From an uncultured Gammaproteobacteria bacterium (GTDB lineage Bacteria; Pseudomonadota; Gammaproteobacteria; CAWCPV01), in NCBI GenBank assembly GCA_963797555.1, contig CAWCPV010000006.1, forward strand, positions 1 through 64,000: 64,000 bases of DNA, read 5' to 3'. A model generated the notes under the pieces. That model saw nothing but the letters and a program-made list of their open reading frames with translations. It was not told where the DNA came from and made no database searches. Numbering within the stretch: the first letter of the stretch is position 1; the number at the start of each line of letters is the position of its first letter. Below, in pieces: positions 40,012 through 49,927 of this stretch. The position numbers and the translations under genes are program-made.

Positions 40012-42147
40012 TCACAGGCGGATGGGGAGACGCCGCACCGGCGTCCCGGTAGCGGCGAACACTCCATTCGCCACCGCAGGCGCGATCGGCGGGGTGCCGG
40101 GCTCGCCGACCCCGCCGGGGTGCTCGTCGCTCCTGACGATGTGCACCTCCACGGCCGGCATCTCGGCGATGCGCAGCATCGGATAATCGTCGAAGTTGCC
40201 CTGCTGAACCCGACCGTCCTTGACCGTGATCTCGCCCTTCAGGGCCGCCGTAAGCCCGTAAACGATTCCGCTCTGCATCTGCGCCTCGATGGTGTTCGGG
40301 TTCACCACCGTGCCGCAATCGATGGCGCACACCACCCGATGGACCCGTACGTCCTTGTCTGCAACGGAGACCTCGGCGACCTGGGCGACATAACTCCCGA
40401 ACGAGTGGGCGACGGCGATACCTCGTTGACGGCCGGCCGGCAATGACTTTCCCCAGCCTGCCTTCTCGGCGGCCAACTGCAGCGCCCCCAGGTGCCGGGG
40501 ACTGCTCCCGAGCAGTTGGCGGCGCAACTCATACGGGTCCTTGCCGAGGGCAGCGGCCACTTCATCGAAGAAGCATTCCGTCACATAAGCGTTTTGCGAG
40601 CTTCCGACGGAACGCCAGTACCCCACCGGCACCCCTGGATTCACCATCGCGTAGGTAACCTCCAGGTTCGGGATCATATAGGGGATATTGGCCGCTGCCT
40701 CCACGGAAGATTGGTCGATGCCGTCCTTGATGCGACCCGGGGCAGCGCGGGCGCTGATGGACGGACCGGCGATCCGATGCACCCAGGCGACCAGGGCGCC
40801 GCCCTCCCCGAGCCCTGCGGAGAAGCGGCTGTAGGCGGCAGGCCGGTAAAAGTCGTGGCGGATATCGTCCTCCCGGGTCCACATCACCTTTACCGGCGCC
40901 TTGACGGCCTTGGCGATAGCCACGGCATCCTCGACGAAGTCGGTCTCCCCCCGGCGCCCGAACCCGCCCCCCAGGAACGTGGTGTGGACCCGGATGCGTT
41001 CGGGCGGCAGCCCGGTGATCTTCGCTGCGACCTGCTGCGTGGCGCCCTGGGCCTGGGTCGGGACCCAGATGTCGACGCCGTCCGCCCGCACGCCGGCAGT
41101 GCAGTTCATGGGCTCCATGCACGCATGGGCGAGATAGGCCACCTGGTAAACCGCATCGAGCGTCCTGGCGGCGCCTTTCAGGGCCGTCATGGCATCACCC
41201 TCGCGCCGAGCCACCACGCCCTTGTCCACGGCCTCCCGGAAGCGCCGGAAGATCTCGTCGCTGCTCAGCGTCGCATTGGGTCCTTCGTCCCAGTCCACCT
41301 TCAGGGCATCCCGCCCCTGCTTGGCGGCCCAAAAGCCGTCTGCGACGACCGCCACGCGGTCCCCCAGATTCACGATGTCGCGCACGCCGGTCACTTTCTT
41401 GGCGGCGCTCCCCTCCACGGACCGGACGTTGCCTCCGAACACCGGACAGCGCTGCACCGAGGCAATCAGCATTCCGGGAAGCCTGACGTCCTGACCGAAG
41501 CGCGCACTGCCGTCGACCTTCGCAGGCGTATCCAAGCGAGCTTTGGAGGTGCCGATGATCCGAAACTCCGGCGGCTCCTTGAGAAATACGGTCTGCGGCA
41601 CCGGCAATGTCGCCGCTTTCCCGACCAACTGACCGTAGCGCAGCCGCCGCCCGGTGGACTCGTGAATCACCTCACCCGCCTGGGCGCGGCAACTCCCCGG
41701 GTCGACGCCCCAGGTCGCGGCCGCCGCCTGCACCAGCATCTGGCGACCGGCGGCGCCGGCCTCACGGAGCTTCTGCCAAAAGCCCCGCACGGCGGTGCTC
41801 CCGCCGGTGAGCTGACGGCCGAGGATGGGATTGACGTAGGCGTCGCCGACCGGGGCGAACTCCGCGCGCACCTTGGACCAGTCGGCGTCGAGTTCTTCGG
41901 CCACGAGCATCGGGATGGAGGTCATGACCCCCTGCCCCATCTCCGAGCTTGCCACCCTGATGGTGACCGAGTCGTCGGGGTCGATGCGGATCCACGCATT
42001 CGGCTCGAAGGTCTTCTGCGGCACGGCGGTCTCCGCGAGTCCGTCGCGCACGAACGCAGGGAGATGCATCCCGATGAGGAGCCCGCCTCCCGCGGCGGCG
42101 CTCACCTTGAGGAAGGTCCTGCGGTCCATCTCGGGCCCGTCCGCCAT
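40012..42147 (-). CDS. IorB-type molybdopterin-binding oxidoreductase large subunit (aldehyde/isoquinoline 1-oxidoreductase beta-like) with Tat signal
   Basis: [14 protein letters not shown] twin-arginine signal. Colinear with CoxL/IorB MoCo-binding domains. 711 aa. Confidence 0.8.
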   Translation of the reverse strand: MADGPEMDRRTFLKVSAAAGGGLLIGMHLPAFVRDGLAETAVPQKTFEPNAWIRIDPDDSVTIRVASSEMGQGVMTSIPMLVAEELDADWSKVRAEFAPVGDAYVNPILGRQLTGGSTAVRGFWQKLREAGAAGRQMLVQAAAATWGVDPGSCRAQAGEVIHESTGRRLRYGQLVGKAATLPVPQTVFLKEPPEFRIIGTSKARLDTPAKVDGSARFGQDVRLPGMLIASVQRCPVFGGNVRSVEGSAAKKVTGVRDIVNLGDRVAVVADGFWAAKQGRDALKVDWDEGPNATLSSDEIFRRFREAVDKGVVARREGDAMTALKGAARTLDAVYQVAYLAHACMEPMNCTAGVRADGVDIWVPTQAQGATQQVAAKITGLPPERIRVHTTFLGGGFGRRGETDFVEDAVAIAKAVKAPVKVMWTREDDIRHDFYRPAAYSRFSAGLGEGGALVAWVHRIAGPSISARAAPGRIKDGIDQSSVEAAANIPYMIPNLEVTYAMVNPGVPVGYWRSVGSSQNAYVTECFFDEVAAALGKDPYELRRQLLGSSPRHLGALQLAAEKAGWGKSLPAGRQRGIAVAHSFGSYVAQVAEVSVADKDVRVHRVVCAIDCGTVVNPNTIEAQMQSGIVYGLTAALKGEITVKDGRVQQGNFDDYPMLRIAEMPAVEVHIVRSDEHPGGVGEPGTPPIAPAVANGVFAATGTPVRRLPIRL

Positions 42148-42148
42148 C

Positions 42149-42658
42149 TCATGCCTCCTTGGCAGCCAGCTCGGCGGCTCTCTTGATGGCGCGCCGGATG
42201 CGCTGGTAGGTCCCGCAGCGGCAGATGATGCCGGTCATGGCCTGATCGATGTCCGCGTCGCTCGGCTGGGGGGTCTTGGCGAGCAGGGCAGCAGCCGTCA
42301 GGATCTGCCCCGACTGGCAAAACCCGCACTGAGGCACGTCCTCGGTAATCCAGGCGCGCTGTACCGGGTGGCTCCGGTCCGCCGACAAGCCCTCGATGGT
42401 CACGACCCGCTTCCCGGCAACCGCCGACAACGGGGTCACGCACGAGCGCACGGCATCGCCATCGACCTGCACGGTGCAGGCCCCGCACAGGCCGACTCCG
42501 CATCCGTACTTGGTCCCGGTCATTCCGAGCACGTCCCGCACGGCCCAGAGCAGCGGCATACCGGGATCGGCCTCCACCTCCCGTTTCTCTCCGTTCAAGA
42601 CCAGTTGGACCATAGACCCTCCTTGTGCCGGAGCCATCGGGACAGGGGTTCGAAACAC
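42149..42658 (-). CDS. (2Fe-2S)-binding small subunit (IorA-like)
   Basis: [18 protein letters not shown]…[16 protein letters not shown]…CRCGTY. 1-nt gap to the large-subunit gene. Confidence 0.85.
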   Translation of the reverse strand: MFRTPVPMAPAQGGSMVQLVLNGEKREVEADPGMPLLWAVRDVLGMTGTKYGCGVGLCGACTVQVDGDAVRSCVTPLSAVAGKRVVTIEGLSADRSHPVQRAWITEDVPQCGFCQSGQILTAAALLAKTPQPSDADIDQAMTGIICRCGTYQRIRRAIKRAAELAAKEA

Positions 42659-42857
42659 TAAGCGAGCATCATACGCCAGGGCGGCGCCTGTTCAATCCGA
42701 GCCCCCTGGGCCGACATCGGCTAGCGCTTGGGTTACGATTGCCACGAGCGGGCTGCTGCGGCGCCGGCTGTGGGGGGTGCGGCGCCCTCGATCCGGCCTC
42801 TAGCTGCTTCAGAGGCGGAAGGGGAAGACCGGCGGCCGATCGACGGAGAGCGAGACC

Positions 42858-45836
42858 ATGGCACAGGACGACAGGGAAAGGGGCGGCCAGAAAAGGGCCT
42901 TCATCTCCAGCACCTCCATCGACCTGCCGGAGCACCGCAAGCAGGTGATCGAGGCCTGCCTGCGCATGGGCTACCATCCGGTGGGGATGGAGCACTGGCC
43001 CGCCCAGGATGCCGACGCCGAGACGGTGTGCCTGCGGGCGGTCGACCGGGCGGATCTGTTCATCGGCGTCTACGCCTTCCGTTACGGCTGGGTTCCGCCG
43101 GGACACGCGGTGTCCATCACCGAGCTGGAGTACCAGCGGGCGGTCGACAAGAAGAAGCCGCGGCTGCTGTTCTTCATGGACGAGGACTACCCGCTTCCCC
43201 CACGCCTGGTGGAGAAGGGGGAAGGCGGGAAGAAGCTGGAGGCGTTCAAGAAACGGGTCGGGACCGAGCGGGTGGGGAGCTTCTTCACCACCGAGAACGA
43301 CCTGCGCGGGCTGGTCGTCCAGGCCCTCGCCGCGCACCGCGAGACCGTCCCCCCGGAGCGGGAGCGCGCCGGCTCCCCCATCCCCGCAATCCCGCAGCCT
43401 TATGTCGCGCACCCCTATACCCTGCTCCAGTCCCGCCGCCTGGTGGGGCGCGATCGGGAGCTGAGTCTCCTCACCGACTGGGTGGCCAAGCCCATGAGCG
43501 AGGTATACGCGAGCCCGGTCCTCAACTTCATCGCCATCGGCGGGATGGGCAAGAGCGCGCTCACCTGGCACTTCTTCCAGGTCATCGCTCCCCAGGAGAT
43601 GCGCCCGCTCGCCGGGCGGCTGTGGTGGAGCTTCTACGAGCGCGACGCCGGCTTCGAGCGCTTCCTGCCCCACGCTCTGGCCTACTGCTCGGGCGAGCCC
43701 CTTGCGGAGGTGGAGCGGCTCGACCCCGAGACCCAGCAGGAGCGCCTGTGGCAGCTCCTCGATCAGCGGCCTTTCCTTCTGGTTCTGGATGGCCTCGAAC
43801 GCATCCTGGTGGCGTACAACCGCCTGGATGCCCCGCGCCTGCTCGACGACGAGTTGGACGAGGCCACCGTCAACCGCGTCGCCGACGCTGGCGGCCTGCC
43901 TCCGGGCAGCGGCGAGACCTACCTCGCCCGCCACCACCTGCGTGCCTGCACCGACCCGCGCGCCGGGCGCTTCCTGCAGCGGCTCACCCGCCTCCGCACC
44001 TCGCGCATCCTCGTCAGCAGCCGGCTCTACCCCGCCGAGATCCAAACCCGTACCGGTTCGCCTCTAGCCGGCAGCACCGTGGTCTTCCAGCAGGGGCTGG
44101 AGCCCGCCGACGCCTTGGCTCTCTGGCGGGAGCTGGGGGTGCGCGGGGCGCGCGACGAGCTGCTGCCCCTGTTCGAGAGCTTCGGCTACCACCCCCTTCT
44201 GCTCCAGGCCCTGGCCGGGGAGGTGGCGGACTTCCGTCCCGCGCCTGGCGACTTTGCCGCCTGGCGCGCGGCCCACCCCGCCTTCGACCCCGGCGCCCTG
44301 CCCCTCGCCCAGCGCCACCACCACATTCTGGAGCACGCCCTGGGAGGACTGGCCGAGGCCTCGCGCCGGGTGCTGTACACCCTGGCCGGCTTTCGCATGC
44401 CCACCGGCTACGCCACTCTGCGCGCCCTGCTGGTGGGGGAAGGGGCGCCCTGCGCCGACGAGGCGGCGCTCGACCGCACCCTCACCGAGCTGGAGGACCG
44501 GGGACTGGTGGGCTGGGAGCGGCGGAGCAACCGCTACGACCTCCATCCCATCGTCCGGGCTGTGATCTGGGCGGCCCTGCCCGAGGGCGACCGCCGCGCC
44601 GTGCTGGAGGAACTGCACGACTACTTCCGGGCCCAGCCCCTGGTGAAGGATTGGCGGAAGGAGGAGTCCCTCGCCGACCTGGAGCCGGCCATCGAGCTGT
44701 ACGACAAGCTCGTCGGCCTCGGCCGCTACCAGGAGGCATTCGAGCTGTTCCGCGACCGTCTCGATGACGCCACCCTCTACCGCCTGAGCGCCGCCCCCCG
44801 CCGGCTGGAGCTGCTGCGCGCGCTGTTCCCGGACGGGGAGGAGGCCCCGCCGCGCCTGGAGAAGGCTGAGGACCAGGGCTGGACCCTGAACGCTATGGCC
44901 CAGGCATATCAGTTCAGTGGCCAGCCGGGGGCTGCGGTGGGACTGTTCCGGCAGGGGGCGACCATCGCCGAGCGGGAAGGGAACAAGCGCAACCTCGGGG
45001 TCGGTCTCCGCAACGTCTCCGACGCGCAGCGGCTGAGCGGTGGACTCCACGGGGCGGAGCGGGCGGCGCGCGGGTCCCTGGTGCTGACGCGGCAGCCTGG
45101 GGAGGCATTCCGGGAGGCGGTGAGTCTCCAACGGCTCGGCACCGCCCTCGCCGCCCGGGGCGAGGGCGGTGCCGCCGCTCGGGCACTGATCCGTTCCAGC
45201 CGCCTTCAGGAAGCCCGGGATAATCGTCAGGGTGAGGGGGTGGTCGCCGCCTACCGCGCCGAGCTGGCGCTCTCCCAGGGCCGGGCCACCGAGGCCCGCG
45301 ACCTGGCCGAGCGCGCCCGGGCGCTGGCCGGGGTCTGGCGCCACGAGCATGACTTCATCCGCACCGCCCGCTTGCAGGGTGCCGCCGCCCTCCTGCTCGA
45401 CGACCTCGCCACCGCCGCCGAGCGTCTGCACCACGCCCTGCAGCGCGCCCGGACCGTGGAGCTGGCCGAGGAGGAGTTGCCCGTCCTCGTCGCCCTGGCC
45501 GAGCTGCACCGCCGGTGCGGCGAGCCCCAGATCGCCCGCGAGCTGCTGGAGCAGGTCTGGGAGCCCGCCGAGCGGGGCCCCTATCCCCTGTTCCACGCCG
45601 ACGCCCTGGTCGTGTTGGCCCAGATCGAGCGCGATGCCGGCAATACGCCGGGCGCCATCGCCGCCGCCACACGCGCCTTCCAACTCGCCTGGTGCGATGG
45701 CCCTCCCTACGCCTATCACTGGGGCCTGGAGGCCGCCCGCGCCCATCTGAAGGCCCTCGGTGCTCCCGAGCCCGAGCTGCCGCCCTTCGACCCGACCGCC
45801 CACGAGCCCATGCCGGAGGTAGAGATAGAGCCCTGA
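42858..45836 (+). CDS. NLR-like STAND NTPase: DUF4062-like N-terminal domain, NB-ARC/AP-ATPase core and TPR array
   Basis: N-terminus AFISSTSIDLPEHRKQ…LFIGVYAFRYGW…SITELEYQRA carries the conserved SST motif of DUF4062. Walker A FIAIGGMGKSALT and Walker B LLVLDGLE. C-terminal ~450 aa is TPR-like helical repeats. Confidence 0.75.
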   Translation: MAQDDRERGGQKRAFISSTSIDLPEHRKQVIEACLRMGYHPVGMEHWPAQDADAETVCLRAVDRADLFIGVYAFRYGWVPPGHAVSITELEYQRAVDKKKPRLLFFMDEDYPLPPRLVEKGEGGKKLEAFKKRVGTERVGSFFTTENDLRGLVVQALAAHRETVPPERERAGSPIPAIPQPYVAHPYTLLQSRRLVGRDRELSLLTDWVAKPMSEVYASPVLNFIAIGGMGKSALTWHFFQVIAPQEMRPLAGRLWWSFYERDAGFERFLPHALAYCSGEPLAEVERLDPETQQERLWQLLDQRPFLLVLDGLERILVAYNRLDAPRLLDDELDEATVNRVADAGGLPPGSGETYLARHHLRACTDPRAGRFLQRLTRLRTSRILVSSRLYPAEIQTRTGSPLAGSTVVFQQGLEPADALALWRELGVRGARDELLPLFESFGYHPLLLQALAGEVADFRPAPGDFAAWRAAHPAFDPGALPLAQRHHHILEHALGGLAEASRRVLYTLAGFRMPTGYATLRALLVGEGAPCADEAALDRTLTELEDRGLVGWERRSNRYDLHPIVRAVIWAALPEGDRRAVLEELHDYFRAQPLVKDWRKEESLADLEPAIELYDKLVGLGRYQEAFELFRDRLDDATLYRLSAAPRRLELLRALFPDGEEAPPRLEKAEDQGWTLNAMAQAYQFSGQPGAAVGLFRQGATIAEREGNKRNLGVGLRNVSDAQRLSGGLHGAERAARGSLVLTRQPGEAFREAVSLQRLGTALAARGEGGAAARALIRSSRLQEARDNRQGEGVVAAYRAELALSQGRATEARDLAERARALAGVWRHEHDFIRTARLQGAAALLLDDLATAAERLHHALQRARTVELAEEELPVLVALAELHRRCGEPQIARELLEQVWEPAERGPYPLFHADALVVLAQIERDAGNTPGAIAAATRAFQLAWCDGPPYAYHWGLEAARAHLKALGAPEPELPPFDPTAHEPMPEVEIEP

Positions 45837-46005
45837 ACAGCCCCTCGGGACCCGCGGAGCGCACGTGGCTGGCCCCGCCCTGCCCACCGCCCCTCCCCTC
45901 GGGTAGGAGAGGATTCATCCGCGACCTTGCAAGCCTCGGCGAGCTTGGACGGTCGCAGACCCATACGGATTCACAACCAGGCTGCGCCCCACAAGGCGTA
46001 GCCAT

Positions 46006-46080
46006 GTAGGTCGGGTTAGCGCAGCGTAACCCGACATCTCCCAACGTCGGGTTACGGCCTTGGGGCCTAACCCGACCTAC
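46006..46080 (+). promoter_or_regulatory. Nested perfect palindromes upstream of the second STAND gene
   Basis: GTAGGTCGGGTTAG…CTAACCCGACCTAC (14-bp perfect inverted repeat) encloses GTAACCCGAC…GTCGGGTTAC (10-bp inverted repeat). Lies ~120 bp upstream of the 46203 start. Confidence 0.4.
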
Positions 46081-46202
46081 CGTCTTGACGACACCCGCAA
46101 GCGAGCGGGATTTTTCGGGTGTCTTCGGCGCATTTTGACGCTAAATGCCTTGCAGCTTGAAACGATCTCGCGGGCTATACTCGCCCCGAGGGCCGGGCGC
46201 GC

Positions 46203-48908
46203 GTGACCACGATCTATCTCTCCTCCACCTACCGGGACCTGCAGGACCATCGTCGCGCCGTGTTCGACGCGCTGCGCCAGTCCGGCTACGCGGTCATCGC
46301 CATGGAGGACTATGTCGCCCGCGACGACCGGCCGGCGCCAGCGTGTCTCGCCGACGTGGAGCGCTGCAACGTCTACGTGGGGCTGTTCGCCTTCCGCTAC
46401 GGCTACTGCCCGCCGGCGGAGCACGGCAACCCCGATGGCCTGTCCATCACCGAGCTGGAGTTCCGCCGCGCCGACGCCAATCCGCGGGTCCACTGTCTGA
46501 CCTTCCTGCTGGACGAGAAGGCACCGTGGCCTCCCGACCAGATGGACGCCGTCACCGGTGAGAACGAAGGCGGAAAGCGCATCAAGGCGCTGCGCGAGTA
46601 CCTTGGCCGGGAGAAGATGGCGAGCTTCTTCGCCGCGCCCCAGGAGCTGGCCAGCAAGGTCCAGTCCGCGATCACCAAGCTCCTCGCCGGTGAGAGATCG
46701 GTGCCCAGTCCCGGCGAAGACCGGCAAGCGCCGGTCACCTGGGATGTCGATGAGCTGGGCTCACCCTATCCGGGCCTGATGCACTTCACCCCGCGTTACG
46801 CCCCTGTCTACTTCGGCCGGGAGGCCAAGGTGCGCGAGGTGCTGGACCGGCTGCACCTGCCGGCGGGGCGGTTCGTCATCGTCAGCGGCGACTCGGGCAC
46901 GGGCAAGTCCTCGCTGGTGGACGCCGGAGTGCTCCCGCGGCTCGCGGCCGGGGCCTTGCCGGGGGGTGTCGCGGCCGAAACGGTACGCATCGTGCCGAGC
47001 CAGGGGACCGACCCCTTCGACGCCCTCCTTCGCGGCCTGCACACTCAGGCTGAGGAGGCGGGCCTCGACCCGTTCACGACGGCCCGGACGCTGGCCCGGC
47101 GCCCGGCCGACCTGAGCCCGACGCTGAGCCAAATCATCGAACGGGGTCTGACGCGCGACGCCCTGGTCCTGTTCTTGGACCAGATGGAGGAGCTGTTCGC
47201 GGGCACCGACCGCGCGGCACTGGAGGTCAACTCCGCCGGGCCGTTCCTCGCCGGCCTTTACCGCACCGCCCAGAACGGCAGGCTCTGGGTGATCGCCACC
47301 ATCCGCAGCGACTGGCTGCATCGCTGCTACGCCCACCCGGATATGCTCGCCGTGCTGCGCGGCCCCGGCCATTACCCCTTGGGACAGGTGTTTCCCCACA
47401 CCATGCACGACATGATCGTGCGGCCCGCCCACTGTGCCGGCCTGCAGGTGTCCGAGTCCCTCGCCAGCCGGCTCATCGCGGATGCCGGGGCCGAGCCGGG
47501 CAGCCTCCCCCCGCTCGCCTTCGTGCTGCAGCGGCTGTTCGAGCTGCGCCGGGACGATGCCTTGAGCGAGGACGTGTACCTGCGGGACCTGGGCGGACTG
47601 GAGGGAGCGCTTTCCGGCCATGCGGCCGAGGCGGAGGCGGCAATGGGCCAGGACCTCGGCCCGCAAGCGATCGAGGATAAACTGCCGCAGGTCTTCGAGT
47701 CGCTGGTCCGGGTGAGCGTCCAGGGCCTGCCGACTCGCCGCCGTGCCAAGCTCTCCGCCATCCCGGGCGACGTGCGCCCGGTGATCGAGCACCTATTGCG
47801 GGCCCGGCTGTTGACGGCGGAGGGCGAGGGCGCGGAGGCCCTGGTGTCCGTGGCCCACGGGCGCCTGTTCGATGCCTGGCCGAGCCTCGCCCGCTGGGTC
47901 GCGGCCCACCAGGACGACCTGCGCCTGCTGCGCCAGGGGGAGCTGGACGCCGCGGAGTGGGCGCGGCAAGGCTATGACCTGGTCCACCTCTGGCACCCGA
48001 AGCGCTTGAAGCGTCTGCAGCGGGTCATCGATGCCCTGCCGCCCGACCGGGCTGACCCCGAGGTGCGCGAATTTGCCTGGCCCCAGACGCGGATGCTCCA
48101 GCGGGTGGTCGCAGGTGCCATGAGCCACGACCACGAGGAGCGGCGCACGGTAGGGACCTACCTCGCCGAGCTGGGCGACCCGCGACCCGGGGTCGGCGTG
48201 GGTTCCGACGGCAACCCCGACATCGACTGGGTGCCCATCGCTGGCGGCAAGGTGGTCCTGGAGGAGAAGGCGGGTCAGGCCAATGTCGAACCCTTCGAGC
48301 TGGCCCGCTATCCCGTCACCAACGCTCAGTTTCATGCCTTCACAGCCGCCGAGGATGTCTACCGCGACCCCCGCTGGTGGCAGAACATGCCGGATGGCGC
48401 GAGCGACGGACCCGCCGCATCCCGCTGGCCCGAGACGAGCCACCCGCGGGTGGAGGTCTCCTGGTACGAGGCGGTAGCCTTCTGTCGCTGGCTGTCCCAC
48501 CGGCTCGGGTTCGAGGTGCGCCTGCCCACGGAGTTCGAGTGGCAGCAGGCAGCGACGGGCGGTGATCCCCAAAACGTCTACCCGTGGGGCGGGGAGTGGG
48601 ACGCCGCGCGCTGCAACAGCGCCGAGAGCGGCCTCAACCGCACCACCGCAGTTGGGCTCTATCCTGCCGGGGCGAGCGCTCAGCGCGTACTTGACCTGGC
48701 GGGGAACATCTGGGAATGGTGCCTGAACAAGTACGACGAACCGACTGAGCCGATGGGGTCCCCTGAGGACCGGGGGGCGTTGCGCGGCGGTTCGTGGAAC
48801 TTCAACTCCGACTACTGTCGCGCCGCCTCCCGCACGTCCGTGCACCAGGACTTCCGCAACGACAACATCGCGTTTCGTGTGGTTCGTCCCGTATCTTCAG
48901 ATCACTGA
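46203..48908 (+). CDS. STAND-like NTPase: DUF4062-like N-terminal domain, P-loop NTPase core, C-terminal FGE-sulfatase (C-type-lectin fold) domain. Putative DGR target.
   Basis: N-terminus TIYLSSTYRDLQDHRRAV…VYVGLFAFRYGY…SITELEFRRA, with the SST motif, is paralogous to the N-terminus of 42858. Walker A VSGDSGTGKSSL and Walker B LVLFLDQMEE. C-terminus RYPVTNAQFHAF…WYEAVAFCRWLS…WEWCLN…GGSWN…FRVVRP matches the FGE/SUMF1 fold. Apparent GTG start. Confidence 0.75.
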   Translation: MTTIYLSSTYRDLQDHRRAVFDALRQSGYAVIAMEDYVARDDRPAPACLADVERCNVYVGLFAFRYGYCPPAEHGNPDGLSITELEFRRADANPRVHCLTFLLDEKAPWPPDQMDAVTGENEGGKRIKALREYLGREKMASFFAAPQELASKVQSAITKLLAGERSVPSPGEDRQAPVTWDVDELGSPYPGLMHFTPRYAPVYFGREAKVREVLDRLHLPAGRFVIVSGDSGTGKSSLVDAGVLPRLAAGALPGGVAAETVRIVPSQGTDPFDALLRGLHTQAEEAGLDPFTTARTLARRPADLSPTLSQIIERGLTRDALVLFLDQMEELFAGTDRAALEVNSAGPFLAGLYRTAQNGRLWVIATIRSDWLHRCYAHPDMLAVLRGPGHYPLGQVFPHTMHDMIVRPAHCAGLQVSESLASRLIADAGAEPGSLPPLAFVLQRLFELRRDDALSEDVYLRDLGGLEGALSGHAAEAEAAMGQDLGPQAIEDKLPQVFESLVRVSVQGLPTRRRAKLSAIPGDVRPVIEHLLRARLLTAEGEGAEALVSVAHGRLFDAWPSLARWVAAHQDDLRLLRQGELDAAEWARQGYDLVHLWHPKRLKRLQRVIDALPPDRADPEVREFAWPQTRMLQRVVAGAMSHDHEERRTVGTYLAELGDPRPGVGVGSDGNPDIDWVPIAGGKVVLEEKAGQANVEPFELARYPVTNAQFHAFTAAEDVYRDPRWWQNMPDGASDGPAASRWPETSHPRVEVSWYEAVAFCRWLSHRLGFEVRLPTEFEWQQAATGGDPQNVYPWGGEWDAARCNSAESGLNRTTAVGLYPAGASAQRVLDLAGNIWEWCLNKYDEPTEPMGSPEDRGALRGGSWNFNSDYCRAASRTSVHQDFRNDNIAFRVVRPVSSDH
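48801..48890 (+). repeat. Variable repeat VR1 at the 3' end of the DUF4062-NTPase-FGE gene
   Basis: ~90 bp that is ~80% identical to the template repeat at 49062..49151. Most mismatches fall where the template has adenines (AAC codons). Confidence 0.55.
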
Positions 48909-49061
48909 TCACTGAGATGCGCGCGGAGCGCCGACATCGCCGATCCGGTCGCCCGTGGAACGGCGGGCGGTGCGTGGCGGCTCGCGGACCGTTTCCTCCG
49001 GACCGAAACGGGCCGCACGTAGTGCGCCCGAATGGGGCACGCCAGGATGGCGTGCATCAAC

Positions 49062-49151
49062 ATCGACTCCGACAACTGTCGCGCCGCCAACCGCAACAAC
49101 AACCACCCGGACGACCGCAACGACAACATCCGGTTTCGTGTGGTTCGTCCC
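49062..49151 (+). repeat. DGR template repeat TR_B (adenine/AAC-rich copy of the FGE 3' end)
   Basis: ATCGACTCCGACAACTGTCGCGCCGCCAACCGCAACAACAACCACCCGGACGACCGCAACGACAACATCCGGTTTCGTGTGGTTCGTCCC. Lies in the track ORF 49032..49427, which translates as NIDSDNCRAANRNNNHPDDRNDNIRFRVVRP. No promoter or RBS context found. Confidence 0.6.
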
Positions 49152-49362
49152 ACATCCTGCCCGCTTCCAGGCGCGGCTCCGGCGGCGTGGGGCCGGGCCC
49201 CGCGGGGGCACCACCCTCCCGCAACGCCGGTCGAGCACGCTTGGCCGGCCGAGGCGGAAAGGGCTAGATGGCGCAGGTCGATCCGGTCCGCACCGGGGCA
49301 CATCCCTCCGGTCGGGCGCATACCAAACCAGGGCGCATCCTGGAGGCGACTCCCGATGCGCC

Positions 49363-49520
49363 CTACCTTCCATCCGCCTCGACGCGCCGGCGCCAACCGC
49401 CGAGCAGCCGCCCGATCTCCGCGGTGATCCGGCTCACGTGCTCGTACTGCCCGTCCTTCAGCCACGCCCAGCGGTTGATGAGACGCAGGTAGACCCGCAG
49501 CGATTGCAGCGCCACGTCGG
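49363..49520 (-). pseudogene. Avd-like (accessory variability determinant) C-terminal remnant
   Basis: …LRVYLRLINRWAWLKDGQYEHVSRITAEIGRLLGGW aligns with the C-terminus of the intact Avd at 62360..62758 (…LRLEKLRFLFRLSKDLGYLDLRRYEHVARSVDEVGRLVGGW). The N-terminal half is missing. Confidence 0.35.
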
Positions 49521-49576
49521 CGCGCTGCAGGGCGCGCGCCCGGGCGAAGCGTGCCCTAGTCGAGCGGCTCGCTGCC

Positions 49577-49927
49577 GTGCGGCTCACCCTGCACGCGGAC
49601 AGCGCCCAGGTCCTGCCGGTCGCGTGCGGCATTCCCTGGCTCGGCTTTATCGTGTACCCGGACCATCGGCGCGTGAAGCGGCGCAAGGTGGTGGCCGCGA
49701 GCCGCCGGCTCACCGCCCGCTACGACGCCTGGCGCCGGGGCGACATCACCTTCGCCGAACTGGACGCCAGCGTGCAGGGCTGCATCGGCCACGTGCGCTA
49801 CGCCGATTCCTGGGGACTACGGGAACATGTGCTGGCCCGGTTCGACCTGTCCGAGCGATGGCCGTGGAAGCCCAGGACCCGGAAACAACCGCGAAGGCGC
49901 GCTGCGCGCGCCTTCAGAAACCAGTGA
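49577..49927 (+). pseudogene. DGR-type reverse transcriptase 3' fragment (thumb region only)
   Basis: LHADSAQVLPVAC..PWLGFIVYPD…R…L…G…E……H…R…L is colinear with the C-terminal ~110 aa of the intact RT at 61282..62373 (LHPDKTLVLATAEPATFLGFELHANG…). No finger/palm motifs are found upstream in any frame. Confidence 0.5.

Noticed and set aside
49032-49427. 131-aa ORF with an Asn-rich N-terminus, considered as a small FGE-tail protein
   Set aside because: Its conserved part is the adenine-rich DGR template repeat (AAC codons read as Asn). No RBS or upstream domain was found. It is better explained as a non-coding template repeat.
49577-49927. Considered whether a full-length, frameshifted RT exists at the second DGR cassette
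   Set aside because: No RT finger or palm motifs (motifs 1-5, YxDD) were found in any frame in the ~1 kb upstream. The upstream sequence is the FGE gene 3' end plus TR_B, so only the thumb fragment survives.
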